Positions 9,192 to 18,124 of a DNA stretch of 64,000 nucleotides are shown here, piece by piece (within the stretch, counting starts at the first letter, position 1; every line of letters starts with the position of its first letter). This DNA comes from Anaerolineales bacterium (GTDB lineage: Bacteria; Chloroflexota; Anaerolineae; Anaerolineales; RBG-16-64-43): positions 108,498 through 172,497 of the forward strand of contig JAFGKK010000015.1 of assembly GCA_016928575.1 (NCBI GenBank), read 5' to 3'. Under the pieces are notes generated by a model. That model did not search any database. It was given only the letters and a program-made list of their open reading frames with translations, and was not told where the DNA came from. Made by a program: the position numbers and the translations under genes.

Positions 9192-9838
9192 TGACTCCCG
9201 TGCGAGCCAAGGGCTTTTTCATCACGCTGGAAGGCCCCGAAGGGAGCGGCAAATCCACGCATGCCTCCCGCCTGGCTGGGTACCTGCGCGGCAAAGGGCG
9301 CGACGTGCTGCTGACGCGTGAACCGGGAGGGACTTCGATCGGCGACCAGATCCGCTCGATCCTTAACGATCACGCCAATGCGGCCATGCATCCGCGCGCG
9401 GAAATCCTCCTGTTTTGCGCCTCGCGTGCGCAATTGGTCAACCAATTGATCCGCCCACACCTGGCGCGCGGCGGAACCGTCGTTTGCGACCGGTATGCGG
9501 ATTCCACATTGGCGTATCAGGGATACGGTCGGGGATTGGAGCTTAACCTTCTGAAGGCGATCAACGGGTTCGCGACCGGATCGCTGGTTCCCGATATGAC
9601 CCTGCTGCTCGACCTTCCGGTTGAAACCGGATTGGCCCGCAGGCGGCGCAGCGACAGCGACTGGAACCGGCTGGACGCACAGGAAGTGGAATTTCACCGC
9701 CGAGTTCGGTCGGGGTACGCGGCTTTGGTCCGACGGGGCGGAAAACGCTGGATCCGAATCTACGCCGACCAAGCGGAAGAACGGGTTTGGGAGCAAATCC
9801 GTAAAGCGGTTTGCGGCCGGCTGGGATTCGACGAATGA
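9191..9838 (+). CDS. tmk: Thymidylate kinase
   Basis: FITLEGPEGSGKST P-loop, DRYADST, 215 aa. The ATG shares 1 nt with the upstream TGA (TGATG). Confidence 0.95.
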   Translation: MTPVRAKGFFITLEGPEGSGKSTHASRLAGYLRGKGRDVLLTREPGGTSIGDQIRSILNDHANAAMHPRAEILLFCASRAQLVNQLIRPHLARGGTVVCDRYADSTLAYQGYGRGLELNLLKAINGFATGSLVPDMTLLLDLPVETGLARRRRSDSDWNRLDAQEVEFHRRVRSGYAALVRRGGKRWIRIYADQAEERVWEQIRKAVCGRLGFDE

Positions 9839-9843
9839 ACCGA

Positions 9844-10242
9844 TTACAGGTCGAAGTCGTCCGGGCCGCCCCCCTCCGCGCCCCCGCCCATGCCCGGCAT
9901 CGTTTTTTCGATCTCTTCCGGATCCTCCCCGTCCTCCAACCGGTCGACGGCTTCGTGGAATTCCGGCCCCATATCTTCGCCCAGCTCGCTGCCCATGCGG
10001 CGCATCATCTTGGCCATCGAACGGGGATCCTGCTCGTCGATGCCGCCCCAGGCCGACGGATCGGAAAGTGCCTCCAGGCGGCTTTCCTCGGAACGGGCGA
10101 AGCGGATGCGCGAGATCAGCCGCCGCAGGTTCGCGCCGCCGCATTCCGGGCAGATGGGGTCGGTTTTTCCGTATTCGGCGTAGGATTGCAGGATAGAAAC
10201 CCGTTTTTTACAATCCGCGCATCGGTATTCGTAGAATGGCAT
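9844..10242 (-). CDS. FmdB-family zinc-ribbon putative regulatory protein
   Basis: MPFYEYRCADCKKRVSILQSYAEYGKTDPICPECGG (CxxC-CxxC_SSSS signature) with an acidic C-terminal tail. Confidence 0.85.
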   Translation of the reverse strand: MPFYEYRCADCKKRVSILQSYAEYGKTDPICPECGGANLRRLISRIRFARSEESRLEALSDPSAWGGIDEQDPRSMAKMMRRMGSELGEDMGPEFHEAVDRLEDGEDPEEIEKTMPGMGGGAEGGGPDDFDL

Positions 10243-10296
10243 GGCGCACCTCCGCCGCTTCGATCATCGAGGCGGCTATTATAGCAAGAGGCTATC

Positions 10297-10914
10297 ATGG
10301 CGGATGATTTTTTCCCCCGCGAAACACCTCCCTTGCTGATCGTCCTGTCCGGCACGGCGGGATCCGGCAAAGACAGCGTCGTCCGCCGAATGAAGGAGCG
10401 CGGCGTCCCGTTCGAATTCGTGGTCACCGCAACCACCCGCCCGCCCCGCCCCGGCGAGGAGGACGGCCGTGATTACTCCTTCCTCAGCGAAGCCGAATTC
10501 CAGGATCTGATCCGCGAGAACGACCTTTTGGAACACGCGGAGGTCTACGGCAAGCATTACGGGATTCCCAAATCCAAGATTCGGCATGCCCTGGCCTCGG
10601 GGAGAGACGTCGTCCTGCGGATCGACGTGCAGGGCGCCGGCACCGTCCGGCGCCTTTGCCCGCAGGCGGTCACCGTCTTTCTCACGGCCGGCTCCGAGGA
10701 AGAATTGCAACGCCGGCTTCGCGGGCGGGGGACCGATTCGGCGGAGCAGATGGCGCTGCGCCTGCGCACCGCGCGCGAGGAGATGCGCCGGATCCCGGAA
10801 TTCGAATACTTCGTGGTCAACGCCGAAGGCCGACTGGATGAGGCGGTGGATTCCATCGCCGCCATACTCCGGGCCGAGCATTGCCGCGCGGTTCCCAGAA
10901 AGGTGGTCCTGTAG
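10297..10914 (+). CDS. gmk: Guanylate kinase
   Basis: LLIVLSGTAGSGKDSV P-loop, TTRPPRPGEEDGRDYSF, EHAEVYGKHYG. Confidence 0.95.
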   Translation: MADDFFPRETPPLLIVLSGTAGSGKDSVVRRMKERGVPFEFVVTATTRPPRPGEEDGRDYSFLSEAEFQDLIRENDLLEHAEVYGKHYGIPKSKIRHALASGRDVVLRIDVQGAGTVRRLCPQAVTVFLTAGSEEELQRRLRGRGTDSAEQMALRLRTAREEMRRIPEFEYFVVNAEGRLDEAVDSIAAILRAEHCRAVPRKVVL

Positions 10915-10916
10915 AA

Positions 10917-11645
10917 ATGCATCCTTCGGGCTATTCCGCCCCCCCGCCGATGCGGCCGCCGTCCGTGGCCGGAGTGCGCACGGTTTTTACCTATGGGATC
11001 CTGGCGGTCACGATTCTGGTTTTTGTCGGACAATGGGGATTCGGGGCAGCCTTTACCGTGTACGGATTGAAAATCAACCAATTAATCCGTCAAGGGGAGT
11101 ATTGGCGTTTCGTCACGCCGATTTTTTTCCATGCCGACCCCATGCACCTTTTCTTCAACATGTACGCGCTCTACAACATTGGAACTCAAATCGAACGCCT
11201 GCTTGGGCGAGTACGCTTCTTGATGATCTATTTCTTCTCCGGCATCGCCGGGGTTGCCGCGAGCTTCCTTTTCAACCCGGCACCCTCGCTGGGCGCCTCG
11301 GGCGCGATCTTTGGCCTGATCGGCGCCTTGGCGGTGTTTTTATACCGCAACACCAAAATCCTCGGGCCCGTCGGCCGGTCGATGCTGACCAACGTCCTGG
11401 TGGTTATCGGGATGAACTTGGCAATCAGCTTTCATCCGCAAATCGACCTCTGGGGACACCTCGGCGGCTTGCTCGCCGGTGCGGGCTTGACCTGGGTGTT
11501 GGGACAGCGCCTGACGCTGGATTTCGACCTGTACACCGGATCGCCGGTTGTGGTGGATCGCAATCCGCTCTCCCGCCGCCTGCCTGCGGCTTTCATCATC
11601 CTTGCGCTCGGTTTTCTGGCCGCCCTATGGCTGCTTGTCCGTTGA
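10917..11645 (+). CDS. Rhomboid family intramembrane serine protease
   Basis: WRFVTPIFFHADPMHLFFNM (HxxxN) and GASGAIFGLIGAL (GxSG), then H in WGHLGGLLAG. ATG chosen just after the gmk stop; a TTG at 10881 is possible. Confidence 0.85.
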   Translation: MHPSGYSAPPPMRPPSVAGVRTVFTYGILAVTILVFVGQWGFGAAFTVYGLKINQLIRQGEYWRFVTPIFFHADPMHLFFNMYALYNIGTQIERLLGRVRFLMIYFFSGIAGVAASFLFNPAPSLGASGAIFGLIGALAVFLYRNTKILGPVGRSMLTNVLVVIGMNLAISFHPQIDLWGHLGGLLAGAGLTWVLGQRLTLDFDLYTGSPVVVDRNPLSRRLPAAFIILALGFLAALWLLVR

Positions 11646-11673
11646 GCGTATAATCCCCCCGGACCTTTTCCCC

Positions 11674-12129
11674 ATGGCCTCCGATTCCCGTTCCCTCCAC
11701 CCCCGCTGGATGTTGCTGTTCGTAGTTCTGGACTTTCTCGGGTTGGCGTTGTTCCTGCTCGGCCTGCAGCCCTATCTCTTCGGGTTGGACCGCTCACCGG
11801 TTATCGGATACCTCCAAGTGGTGGTGTTTCTCTTCGGGCTGGGATGCGTCGTGATCGCGTCCTTCTCCATCGAGAAATTGCTTCGCCCGGCCGGCCAATC
11901 GCTCACCATCCGCGAAGATGTGGGCGCCCGGTTGTCGGCCACCGGATACGTTCTGGTTGCGGTGTCGAGCACCGCGGACCTGATCGGATTGGGCAGCCAT
12001 CCGCTGCCGGGATCCCCGCATTTGGGAACCCTGCAAAGCATCGGGTTGGTCGTCGGAACCGCGACCATCATCGCGGGGTTGATGATGTACCACCCGCGAA
12101 AGGCGGACGTTCCGGGGCCGCAACCCTGA
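11674..12129 (+). CDS. Hypothetical membrane protein (4 predicted TM helices)
   Basis: ATG at 11674 gives MASDSRSLHPRWMLLFVVLDFLGLALFLLGL.... TATAAT lies at 11649-11654, 20 nt upstream. No recognisable family. Confidence 0.5.
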   Translation: MASDSRSLHPRWMLLFVVLDFLGLALFLLGLQPYLFGLDRSPVIGYLQVVVFLFGLGCVVIASFSIEKLLRPAGQSLTIREDVGARLSATGYVLVAVSSTADLIGLGSHPLPGSPHLGTLQSIGLVVGTATIIAGLMMYHPRKADVPGPQP

Positions 12130-12296
12130 TCTCCGCCCGTCCGTCCGGCGTTTGGAAATCCCCCTCCCTCGAAGGAAAGCATACTGGTAGAATCGCTTTC
12201 GGAATTTCCCCAGCGGTTTTTCTCCCGCCGCGGTTCTCCGTCCAGACATCCGATTTTCCCGCCGCCGGCGTCGTCCGGCGCTTCTTGGAACCGAGC

Positions 12297-15161
12297 ATGC
12301 CCGTCCATGAATCCAACTGCATCACGATCCGGGGCGCCCGGGAACACAATCTGAAAAACATTCAGATCGTGCTGCCGCGGGACAAATTCATCGTGTTCAC
12401 CGGCGTCTCCGGATCCGGAAAATCCTCGCTGGCTTTTGATACGCTGTATGCCGAAGGCCAGCGGCGCTACGTGGAATCCCTCTCGGCCTACGCCCGGCAA
12501 TTTCTTGGCCAGATGGAAAAGCCGCACGTCGATTATATCGGTGGGCTAAGTCCGGCGATCGCCATCGAACAAAAGGCGGTTTCAAAAAACCCGCGGTCCA
12601 CCGTCGGAACCGTGACGGAGATCAGCGATTATCTGCGCGTCCTATTCGCGCGCGCCGGTACGCCCTATTGTCCGAAGTGCGGCCGGCCGGTGACCCGCCA
12701 GACCTCGACCCAGATCGTCGACCAAATCCTTGCCCTGCGCCCCGGCACGAAGATCATGCTGCTCGCTCCGGTCGTACGCAAACGCAAAGGCGCCCACGAA
12801 GACATCCTCCTGGAGGCCAAGGCCAGCGGCTTCCAGAGGGCGCGGGTGAACGGGGTCGTCACCGAATTGGACCAGACCATCCGCTTGGCAAAGACCCGCA
12901 AGCACGACATCGAGGTCGTCATCGACCGTCTGGTAATTCCCGCTGAAGACAACGCGGATTTCCGCTCACGCCTGGCGGATTCGGTGGAGACCACCCTGCG
13001 CGTGGGCGGCGGCACCGTCCTGGTCTTTACCGGGACGCTGCGCGAATTGGAAATGAGCGAGCAGAACGCCTGCCCGCATTGCGGAATTTCCTTCCCGGAA
13101 TTAACCCCGCCGATGTTCTCCTTTAACTCCCCTTTGGGGATGTGCCCGGAATGCAACGGCTTGGGGCAGAAATTCAGTTTTGATCCGGAGAAATTCGTCT
13201 TTCCGGAGAAATCCATCTCCGACGGGGCCATCCGCGCCTGGGGCCCGATTCGGACGTCCAAATCGGCGCGGGTGATAGCCGTCAACTACGCCCGGCATTA
13301 CAAATTTTCCCTGGATACCCCCTGGAAAAACCTTCCGGAGAAGGTAAAAAAAGGCCTCTTGTTCGGTGATCCTCGCGTGCGCGTGCGCTGGGAATGGGGC
13401 AACGACCGCGGCGGGCAGGGCTCCTGGGAATCCACCTACGAAGGGATCATTCCCGCCACCGCGCGGCGCTACCACCAAACCCACTCCGAAGGCATGCGTG
13501 AATGGTACTCGCAATTCATGTCGTACCAGGATTGTCCCGTTTGCCGCGGATCGCGCCTGCGGCCCGAAGCCACCGCCGTTCGGTTCGCCGGGAAAACCAT
13601 CGTCGACGTCCATGCCCTGTCCATCGGGGAAGCGCTGTTGTTTTTCTCCGCGCTGAAGCTGCCGGCTGAGCAATCGCAGATCGCGGACGAGCTCCTGAAA
13701 GAGATCGTCGCCCGGCTGGAGTTTTTAATGAACGTCGGACTGCATTACCTCACGCTGGAACGCTCCGCCCCCACGCTGTCCGGCGGGGAAGGCCAGCGCA
13801 TCCGTCTGGCTTCGCAGATCGGATCCGGCCTGGTCGGCGTGATGTACATCCTCGACGAACCGTCGATCGGATTGCACGCCCGCGACAACCGCCGCCTGCT
13901 GGAATCGCTCATCCGTCTGCGGGATTTGGGAAACACGGTAATTGTGGTGGAACACGACCGGGAGACAATCGAAGCCGCCGACCACGTCGTTGATTTCGGA
14001 CCCGGCGCCGGGTTCCAGGGCGGCCGGATCGTCGCCTCCGGCACCCCTAAGGATTTGGCCGCAGATCCGGATTCCCTTACCGGAAAGTACCTCAGCGGGC
14101 GGCTGGTGGTGGCCGCGGGAACCCGGCAATCGGACGCCCCCAACGGCCGCCGCTCCCCCAACGGACATTGGTTGACAATCCGCGGCGCGCGGCACAACAA
14201 CCTAAAGGGAATCGACGTCAAATTTCCGGTCGGCCTCTTCACTTGCGTCACCGGAGTCTCCGGATCGGGAAAATCCTCCTTGATCGCGGAGACGCTCTAT
14301 CCCGCGCTCGCCGCCCGCCTGCACGGGGCGTTGCAAAAACCTGGCGCCTTTCGAAAAATCGTGGGCTTGGACCAATTCGACAAGGTGATCGACATCACCC
14401 AGGATCCGATCGGCCGGACCCCGCGCTCCAATCCCGCCACCTACATCGGCGTCTATTCGGAGATCCGAGACGTGTTCGCTCAAATCCCGGAGGCCAAAGC
14501 CCGGGGGTATTCCTCCGGACGGTTTTCGTTCAACGTCCGCGGCGGACGGTGCGAAGCGTGTCAGGGTCACGGCAAGAAACGGGTGGAGATGCATTTTCTC
14601 CCCGATGTGTGGATTCCATGCGACGTCTGCAAAGGGACCCGGTTCAACCGGGAAACTCTGCAAGTGAAATTCAAGGGGCTGTCCGTCTCCGACGTGCTGA
14701 AGTTGGATGTCGGCGAGGCGAGGACGTTGTTCGCTGCCTTTCCCGCCATCTCCCGTTTGTTGGGGACTCTCCAGGACGTCGGTTTAGAATACATCAAACT
14801 TGGCCAGTCTGCCACCACGCTTTCCGGCGGCGAAGCCCAGCGGGTGAAATTGGCCAAGGAACTCAGCAAGCTTTCCACCGGGCGGACTCTCTACATCCTC
14901 GACGAACCGACCACCGGACTGCACTTCGCCGACATCCAGAAGCTGTTGGATGTCCTCCACCACCTGACCGACGCCGGCAATACGGTGATCGTCATCGAGC
15001 ACAATCTCGATGTCATTAAGACGGCCGATTGGATCATCGATTTGGGGCCCGAGGGCGGGATCCGCGGGGGATCGATCGTCGCTTGCGGAACCCCGGAGGA
15101 AATCCGCGGCGTGGAAGGCTCCTACACCGGGATCGCTTTGCGCGCGGTTCCGCTGAGGTGA
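12297..15161 (+). CDS. uvrA: Excinuclease ABC subunit UvrA
   Basis: Internal ATG at 12297 gives MPVHESNCITIRGAREHNLKNIQIVLPRDKFIVFTGVSGSGKSSLAFDTLYAEGQRRY. Two ABC modules and Zn-finger CxxC pairs, 954 aa. Confidence 0.97.
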   Translation: MPVHESNCITIRGAREHNLKNIQIVLPRDKFIVFTGVSGSGKSSLAFDTLYAEGQRRYVESLSAYARQFLGQMEKPHVDYIGGLSPAIAIEQKAVSKNPRSTVGTVTEISDYLRVLFARAGTPYCPKCGRPVTRQTSTQIVDQILALRPGTKIMLLAPVVRKRKGAHEDILLEAKASGFQRARVNGVVTELDQTIRLAKTRKHDIEVVIDRLVIPAEDNADFRSRLADSVETTLRVGGGTVLVFTGTLRELEMSEQNACPHCGISFPELTPPMFSFNSPLGMCPECNGLGQKFSFDPEKFVFPEKSISDGAIRAWGPIRTSKSARVIAVNYARHYKFSLDTPWKNLPEKVKKGLLFGDPRVRVRWEWGNDRGGQGSWESTYEGIIPATARRYHQTHSEGMREWYSQFMSYQDCPVCRGSRLRPEATAVRFAGKTIVDVHALSIGEALLFFSALKLPAEQSQIADELLKEIVARLEFLMNVGLHYLTLERSAPTLSGGEGQRIRLASQIGSGLVGVMYILDEPSIGLHARDNRRLLESLIRLRDLGNTVIVVEHDRETIEAADHVVDFGPGAGFQGGRIVASGTPKDLAADPDSLTGKYLSGRLVVAAGTRQSDAPNGRRSPNGHWLTIRGARHNNLKGIDVKFPVGLFTCVTGVSGSGKSSLIAETLYPALAARLHGALQKPGAFRKIVGLDQFDKVIDITQDPIGRTPRSNPATYIGVYSEIRDVFAQIPEAKARGYSSGRFSFNVRGGRCEACQGHGKKRVEMHFLPDVWIPCDVCKGTRFNRETLQVKFKGLSVSDVLKLDVGEARTLFAAFPAISRLLGTLQDVGLEYIKLGQSATTLSGGEAQRVKLAKELSKLSTGRTLYILDEPTTGLHFADIQKLLDVLHHLTDAGNTVIVIEHNLDVIKTADWIIDLGPEGGIRGGSIVACGTPEEIRGVEGSYTGIALRAVPLR

Positions 15162-15198
15162 CCCGCGCAAGTTTGCTCATTCCATATTCATAAAGCGT

Positions 15199-15234
15199 AC
15201 TCCTGCCTGCGCATCCCCCTCAGGGCGCAGGAGT
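15199..15234 (+). terminator. Hairpin downstream of uvrA (possible terminator)
   Basis: ACTCCTGC(15199-15206)...GCAGGAGT(15227-15234), an 8-bp stem. No clear T-run follows. Confidence 0.3.
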
Positions 15235-15344
15235 GTATAAATCATTCTTGACGCCGTCGGAACGGCCGCTTGGTTTTCCTCTACTCAGGCGTGACAAGTC
15301 CTGCGCCGCTTCCACTCCCAGGAATTGCATACGCCTCCGGGCAA

Positions 15345-15373
15345 TTGACAGTCGGCGCTTTATCGCGTATACT
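15345..15373 (+). promoter_or_regulatory. Near-consensus sigma70-type promoter
   Basis: TTGACA (15345-15350), 17-nt spacer, TATACT (15368-15373). Confidence 0.55.
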
Positions 15374-15379
15374 CGAAAC

Positions 15380-15478
15380 ATCTCCCTTTCAGGAGGAATA
15401 CCGCCATGAGCGGTATGTATCGAGATTGCACGTGAAACCACAAGGCACGGGGCCCTCGGCCCGCGTGCCTTTTTTTTC
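15380..15478 (+). ncRNA. Candidate ~100-nt small transcript or cis-regulatory leader (hairpin plus 9-codon ORF plus terminator)
   Basis: Downstream of the promoter: AGGAGG (15391-15396); hairpin ATACCGC-catga-GCGGTAT (15398-15416) with an ATG (15406) in its loop; ORF MSGMYRDCT* (15406-15435); intrinsic terminator at 15444-15478. Confidence 0.35.
15444..15478 (+). terminator. Rho-independent terminator
   Basis: GGCACGGGGCC-ctc-GGCCCGCGTGCC followed by T8 (15471-15478). Confidence 0.7.
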
Positions 15479-15486
15479 TTAAGGAG

Positions 15487-15735
15487 ATGCTCATGGATTA
15501 CGGAATGATCGGAAAAATCGAAAAAGCCAAGCGTTATGCGGAAGAACCCGATCGTTTCCATTTCGACCGCTTTTCCATCGCTTTCCGCGGGGACAACAAC
15601 AACCATCGAGTCCTTTTCGAGGACGGCCGCTGGACATGTGATTGCGAGTTCTTCCACCTCCGCGGAGTCTGCAGTCACACCATGGCCCTGGAGCGCCTCC
15701 TGGAAAAAATGCTTCCGGTATCCTCGGAAGCCTAG
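15487..15735 (+). CDS. Small SWIM zinc-finger protein
   Basis: 82 aa. WTCDCEFFHLRGVCSHTMA matches the CxCx(n)CxH SWIM motif. AAGGAG RBS 7 nt upstream of the start. Confidence 0.75.
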   Translation: MLMDYGMIGKIEKAKRYAEEPDRFHFDRFSIAFRGDNNNHRVLFEDGRWTCDCEFFHLRGVCSHTMALERLLEKMLPVSSEA

Positions 15736-15927
15736 CCCGTTTTCCCCACCGCGCGTGATTCCAAGTCCGCGCGGCTTTCCTTTCGTCCACCCCTCTTCGA
15801 GAGAGCCGTTCTCCCTGCCCGCAGCCTAGCGTCGTTCCGCCTTCTTCTCGGCCACGATCGCCGCCCTCTGCCCCAACCCCCAGCGGCCGCCCGGTTGTAT
15901 GCTAGAATTTCTTTCCGGATTTGACCC

Positions 15928-17520
15928 ATGATTCTGCTGATCGTTTTGCTCCTGCTGTCTCTCGGTGCCTTGGCGACGTTTTTTGTGCCGCCCGAAAAGC
16001 GGAGCGCGCATATCGCTGTCTCCCTGATCCCCTTGGCGGCTATGGGAATGCTGCTGCTTCCGATCCGGCTTCCCGCTTCCCTTTCGATCGCCTGGTCTCC
16101 GCCATCGCTGTTCCCCGATCCCCTCCTCTTTACCGCCGGCCCTTCCGCCGTGGTCTTCGCCGTGTTTTTTTGCGGTTTGTTGCTCCTGATCGAGTGGACT
16201 CGCCCGATGCGGCAAAGCCCCGGCCGGACGGCGCGTGCGGTTATCTATTGGTTGGCCGTCTGCGGAATCCTGGCCTGCTTTGCCGCCAATCCTCTGGCGG
16301 TGATCCTGGCCTGGGCGTTGATCGACATATCCTCTTTTCTTGCCGTGTTTTTTATGAAAAGCCCCGTGGTTATCGGGATGTCCGGAATCGCGCCTTCGGT
16401 GTCTCATGCTATGGGCATTTTTTCCGCCAACATGCTCGGTTCCGTATTCGTGTTCTTCTCGCAATTGGCGGGGTCGGGTTCGCTTGCCGGTTGGAGTCTG
16501 GCGGAAATCGCGTCTACTCCAAGCATATCCTCGGTCCTTTTTTTCTGCGGCATCCTCCTCCGCGTGGCGGTCTCCCCGCTTCAATTTTCCGTGTCCCACA
16601 TCCAAACCCCGTCCACGGGAACGGATGTCTTTTTGCGGGTCGTATCGCCGGCGGCGGGGCTTTGCCTTTTGGCGGGAATTTGGCCAGCGGCGGACTTTTC
16701 CACCAGGGGTGTACCCGTTTTTTTTTGGGCGGTCATTCCGCTTTTGGTTCTCCTGCTCGTCGGCGGCTGGCAATGGAGCGCTTCCGTTTCGGCGTACGGA
16801 CGTAGGGGGGATTTCCTTTACCTGCTGCCCTTGTTCATCCTGCTTTCTGCCGTCATTGCCCCCCGCACGGAAGGGCTATTCCTCGCCGGGGGCGGATTGT
16901 TGATCCTGGGCGGCGGGATCCTCCTGCTGTACCTTGGGTTTCTTCCCCACCGGCGGTGGACGGCGGCGTTTCTTGTCCTGCTTGGCTTGTTTTTCTCCGG
17001 CGCACCTTTCACTCCGCTTTCGGCTTGGAGTTCGTCCGTGTATCCCGGGTTGTTTTCCTTTTCCGGGTTTCCCGTTCTTCTGGCCTTGGCGGTAAGCCAG
17101 ATCTTCATCCTGGGCGCCCTCTTCCGCTCGGCTTTCGAATCCGTTGAGACGTTCCCGCCGAACGAGCCGCTGTTCCTGACCGTGTTTTCGATGGGGATGG
17201 CGGCCGCATTCTTTCTCCTCTGCTATCCCGGATGGCCCGGTCCGTCGTCCCTTCCTGCGTTCGCCGCTCCGGTACTCCTGCTGCTCGGCGGCGGATCCTG
17301 GATGGCGTTGGTCCGTCGCTTTCAACGGACGGAAACATCCCTGTTCCGGTTTCTGGTACAGACGTTGCGCCTGGAAGGCTTGCAGCGCGGCGTATCCCAA
17401 TTGTTCCGGGGCGTCGCCGGATTTTTCTCCGGAGTCGAGGGCTTTCTGAGCGGCGAAGGCGCCATGCTGTGGTCGCTCGGACTCGCTTTGCTGTTTTATC
17501 TGGTGCTTCGGGGAGGCTAG
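15928..17520 (+). CDS. Polytopic membrane protein, distantly NuoL/MrpA/MrpD-like (degenerate proton-antiporter-like fold, tentative)
   Basis: 530 aa with about 14 hydrophobic helices. Segments AANPLAVILAWALIDISSFLAVFFM and SPLQFSVSHIQTPSTGTDVFLRVVSPAAGLCLLA mirror the W-E-x-x-G-x-S-x-L-L and P-x-x-x-W-L-P-x-A-x-x-x-P-T-P-V-S-A-L regions of antiporter-like subunits, but with charged and conserved residues replaced. Extended -10 TGCTAGAAT at 15900-15908. Confidence 0.55.
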   Translation: MILLIVLLLLSLGALATFFVPPEKRSAHIAVSLIPLAAMGMLLLPIRLPASLSIAWSPPSLFPDPLLFTAGPSAVVFAVFFCGLLLLIEWTRPMRQSPGRTARAVIYWLAVCGILACFAANPLAVILAWALIDISSFLAVFFMKSPVVIGMSGIAPSVSHAMGIFSANMLGSVFVFFSQLAGSGSLAGWSLAEIASTPSISSVLFFCGILLRVAVSPLQFSVSHIQTPSTGTDVFLRVVSPAAGLCLLAGIWPAADFSTRGVPVFFWAVIPLLVLLLVGGWQWSASVSAYGRRGDFLYLLPLFILLSAVIAPRTEGLFLAGGGLLILGGGILLLYLGFLPHRRWTAAFLVLLGLFFSGAPFTPLSAWSSSVYPGLFSFSGFPVLLALAVSQIFILGALFRSAFESVETFPPNEPLFLTVFSMGMAAAFFLLCYPGWPGPSSLPAFAAPVLLLLGGGSWMALVRRFQRTETSLFRFLVQTLRLEGLQRGVSQLFRGVAGFFSGVEGFLSGEGAMLWSLGLALLFYLVLRGG

Positions 17521-17521
17521 G

Positions 17522-18124
17522 GTGCAGGGCTTTGTCTCTATCCTCGGCGGCCTTCTGCTCTTCGGCGGCGCTTGCGCGCTGACCCTTTTCCGGTCTTGGA
17601 AGCATGTGCTTCCGGCTTTCGCTCTGCAATCCCTGGGGGTTGGCCTGTCGGTCCTTCCGATTGTGGATCCGCCTGTGGCAATCGTTAAAGTCGTTGTCGG
17701 GTGGATTGCCGTTTCCTTGCTGGCCGTAACCCTTGCCCGCGAACCTCGCTCTCCCCTTGATGAGAAAACGGCGCCGATAGACCTTTTTTTTCGTTTCTCC
17801 CTCCTGTTATTCTTGTTTTCGTCCGTCCTTGCGTTGCTTCCCCAATTCGCAGGCCTTTTCCGCAACCCTCCGGCCGGATTGCTGTTCGTTTCCTGTTTTC
17901 TTATCGGGATTGGGTTGTTGAACCTCGGGCTTTCGGAGCACCCGCTCCGTTCTGGCGTCAGCCTGCTCGCTCTCCTGCAAGGATTTGAATTGGGATACCT
18001 TTGGATTGAGCAATCCTTGTTGGTGCTTGCCCTTCTGGCCGTTACGGATTTGGCGATAGTCATGACTCTGATCTTCCTATATACGCACGCCCTTTCCCCT
18101 TCCTCCGAAGAGGTCGCGCCGTGA
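17522..18124 (+). CDS. Membrane protein, possibly duplicated NuoK/MrpC-like (tentative)
   Basis: 200 aa, about 6 TM helices, GTG start 1 nt after the upstream stop. The second half LLNLGLSEHPLRSGVSLLALLQGFELGYLWIE resembles the NuoK GLEIMINA region. Confidence 0.5.
   Translation: MQGFVSILGGLLLFGGACALTLFRSWKHVLPAFALQSLGVGLSVLPIVDPPVAIVKVVVGWIAVSLLAVTLAREPRSPLDEKTAPIDLFFRFSLLLFLFSSVLALLPQFAGLFRNPPAGLLFVSCFLIGIGLLNLGLSEHPLRSGVSLLALLQGFELGYLWIEQSLLVLALLAVTDLAIVMTLIFLYTHALSPSSEEVAP

Noticed and set aside
11844-12296. 151-codon N-terminal extension of the uvrA ORF. Similar extensions occur on dnaA (21528-21656), gatB (26094-26213), corA (49902-50243), the Ycf45-like gene (7128-7559), the GT28 gene (4393-4668), lpdA and others.
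   Set aside because: The conserved N-termini of these families begin at internal starts that have RBSs or stop/start overlaps. The extensions overlap upstream genes or promoters and are compositionally non-coding.
15826-18063. Two long minus-strand ORFs (15826-16773 and 16876-18063) rich in R/K/E/G/P
   Set aside because: They are the complement of hydrophobic-helix codons in the plus-strand membrane genes. Their extreme charge and low complexity argue against real proteins.
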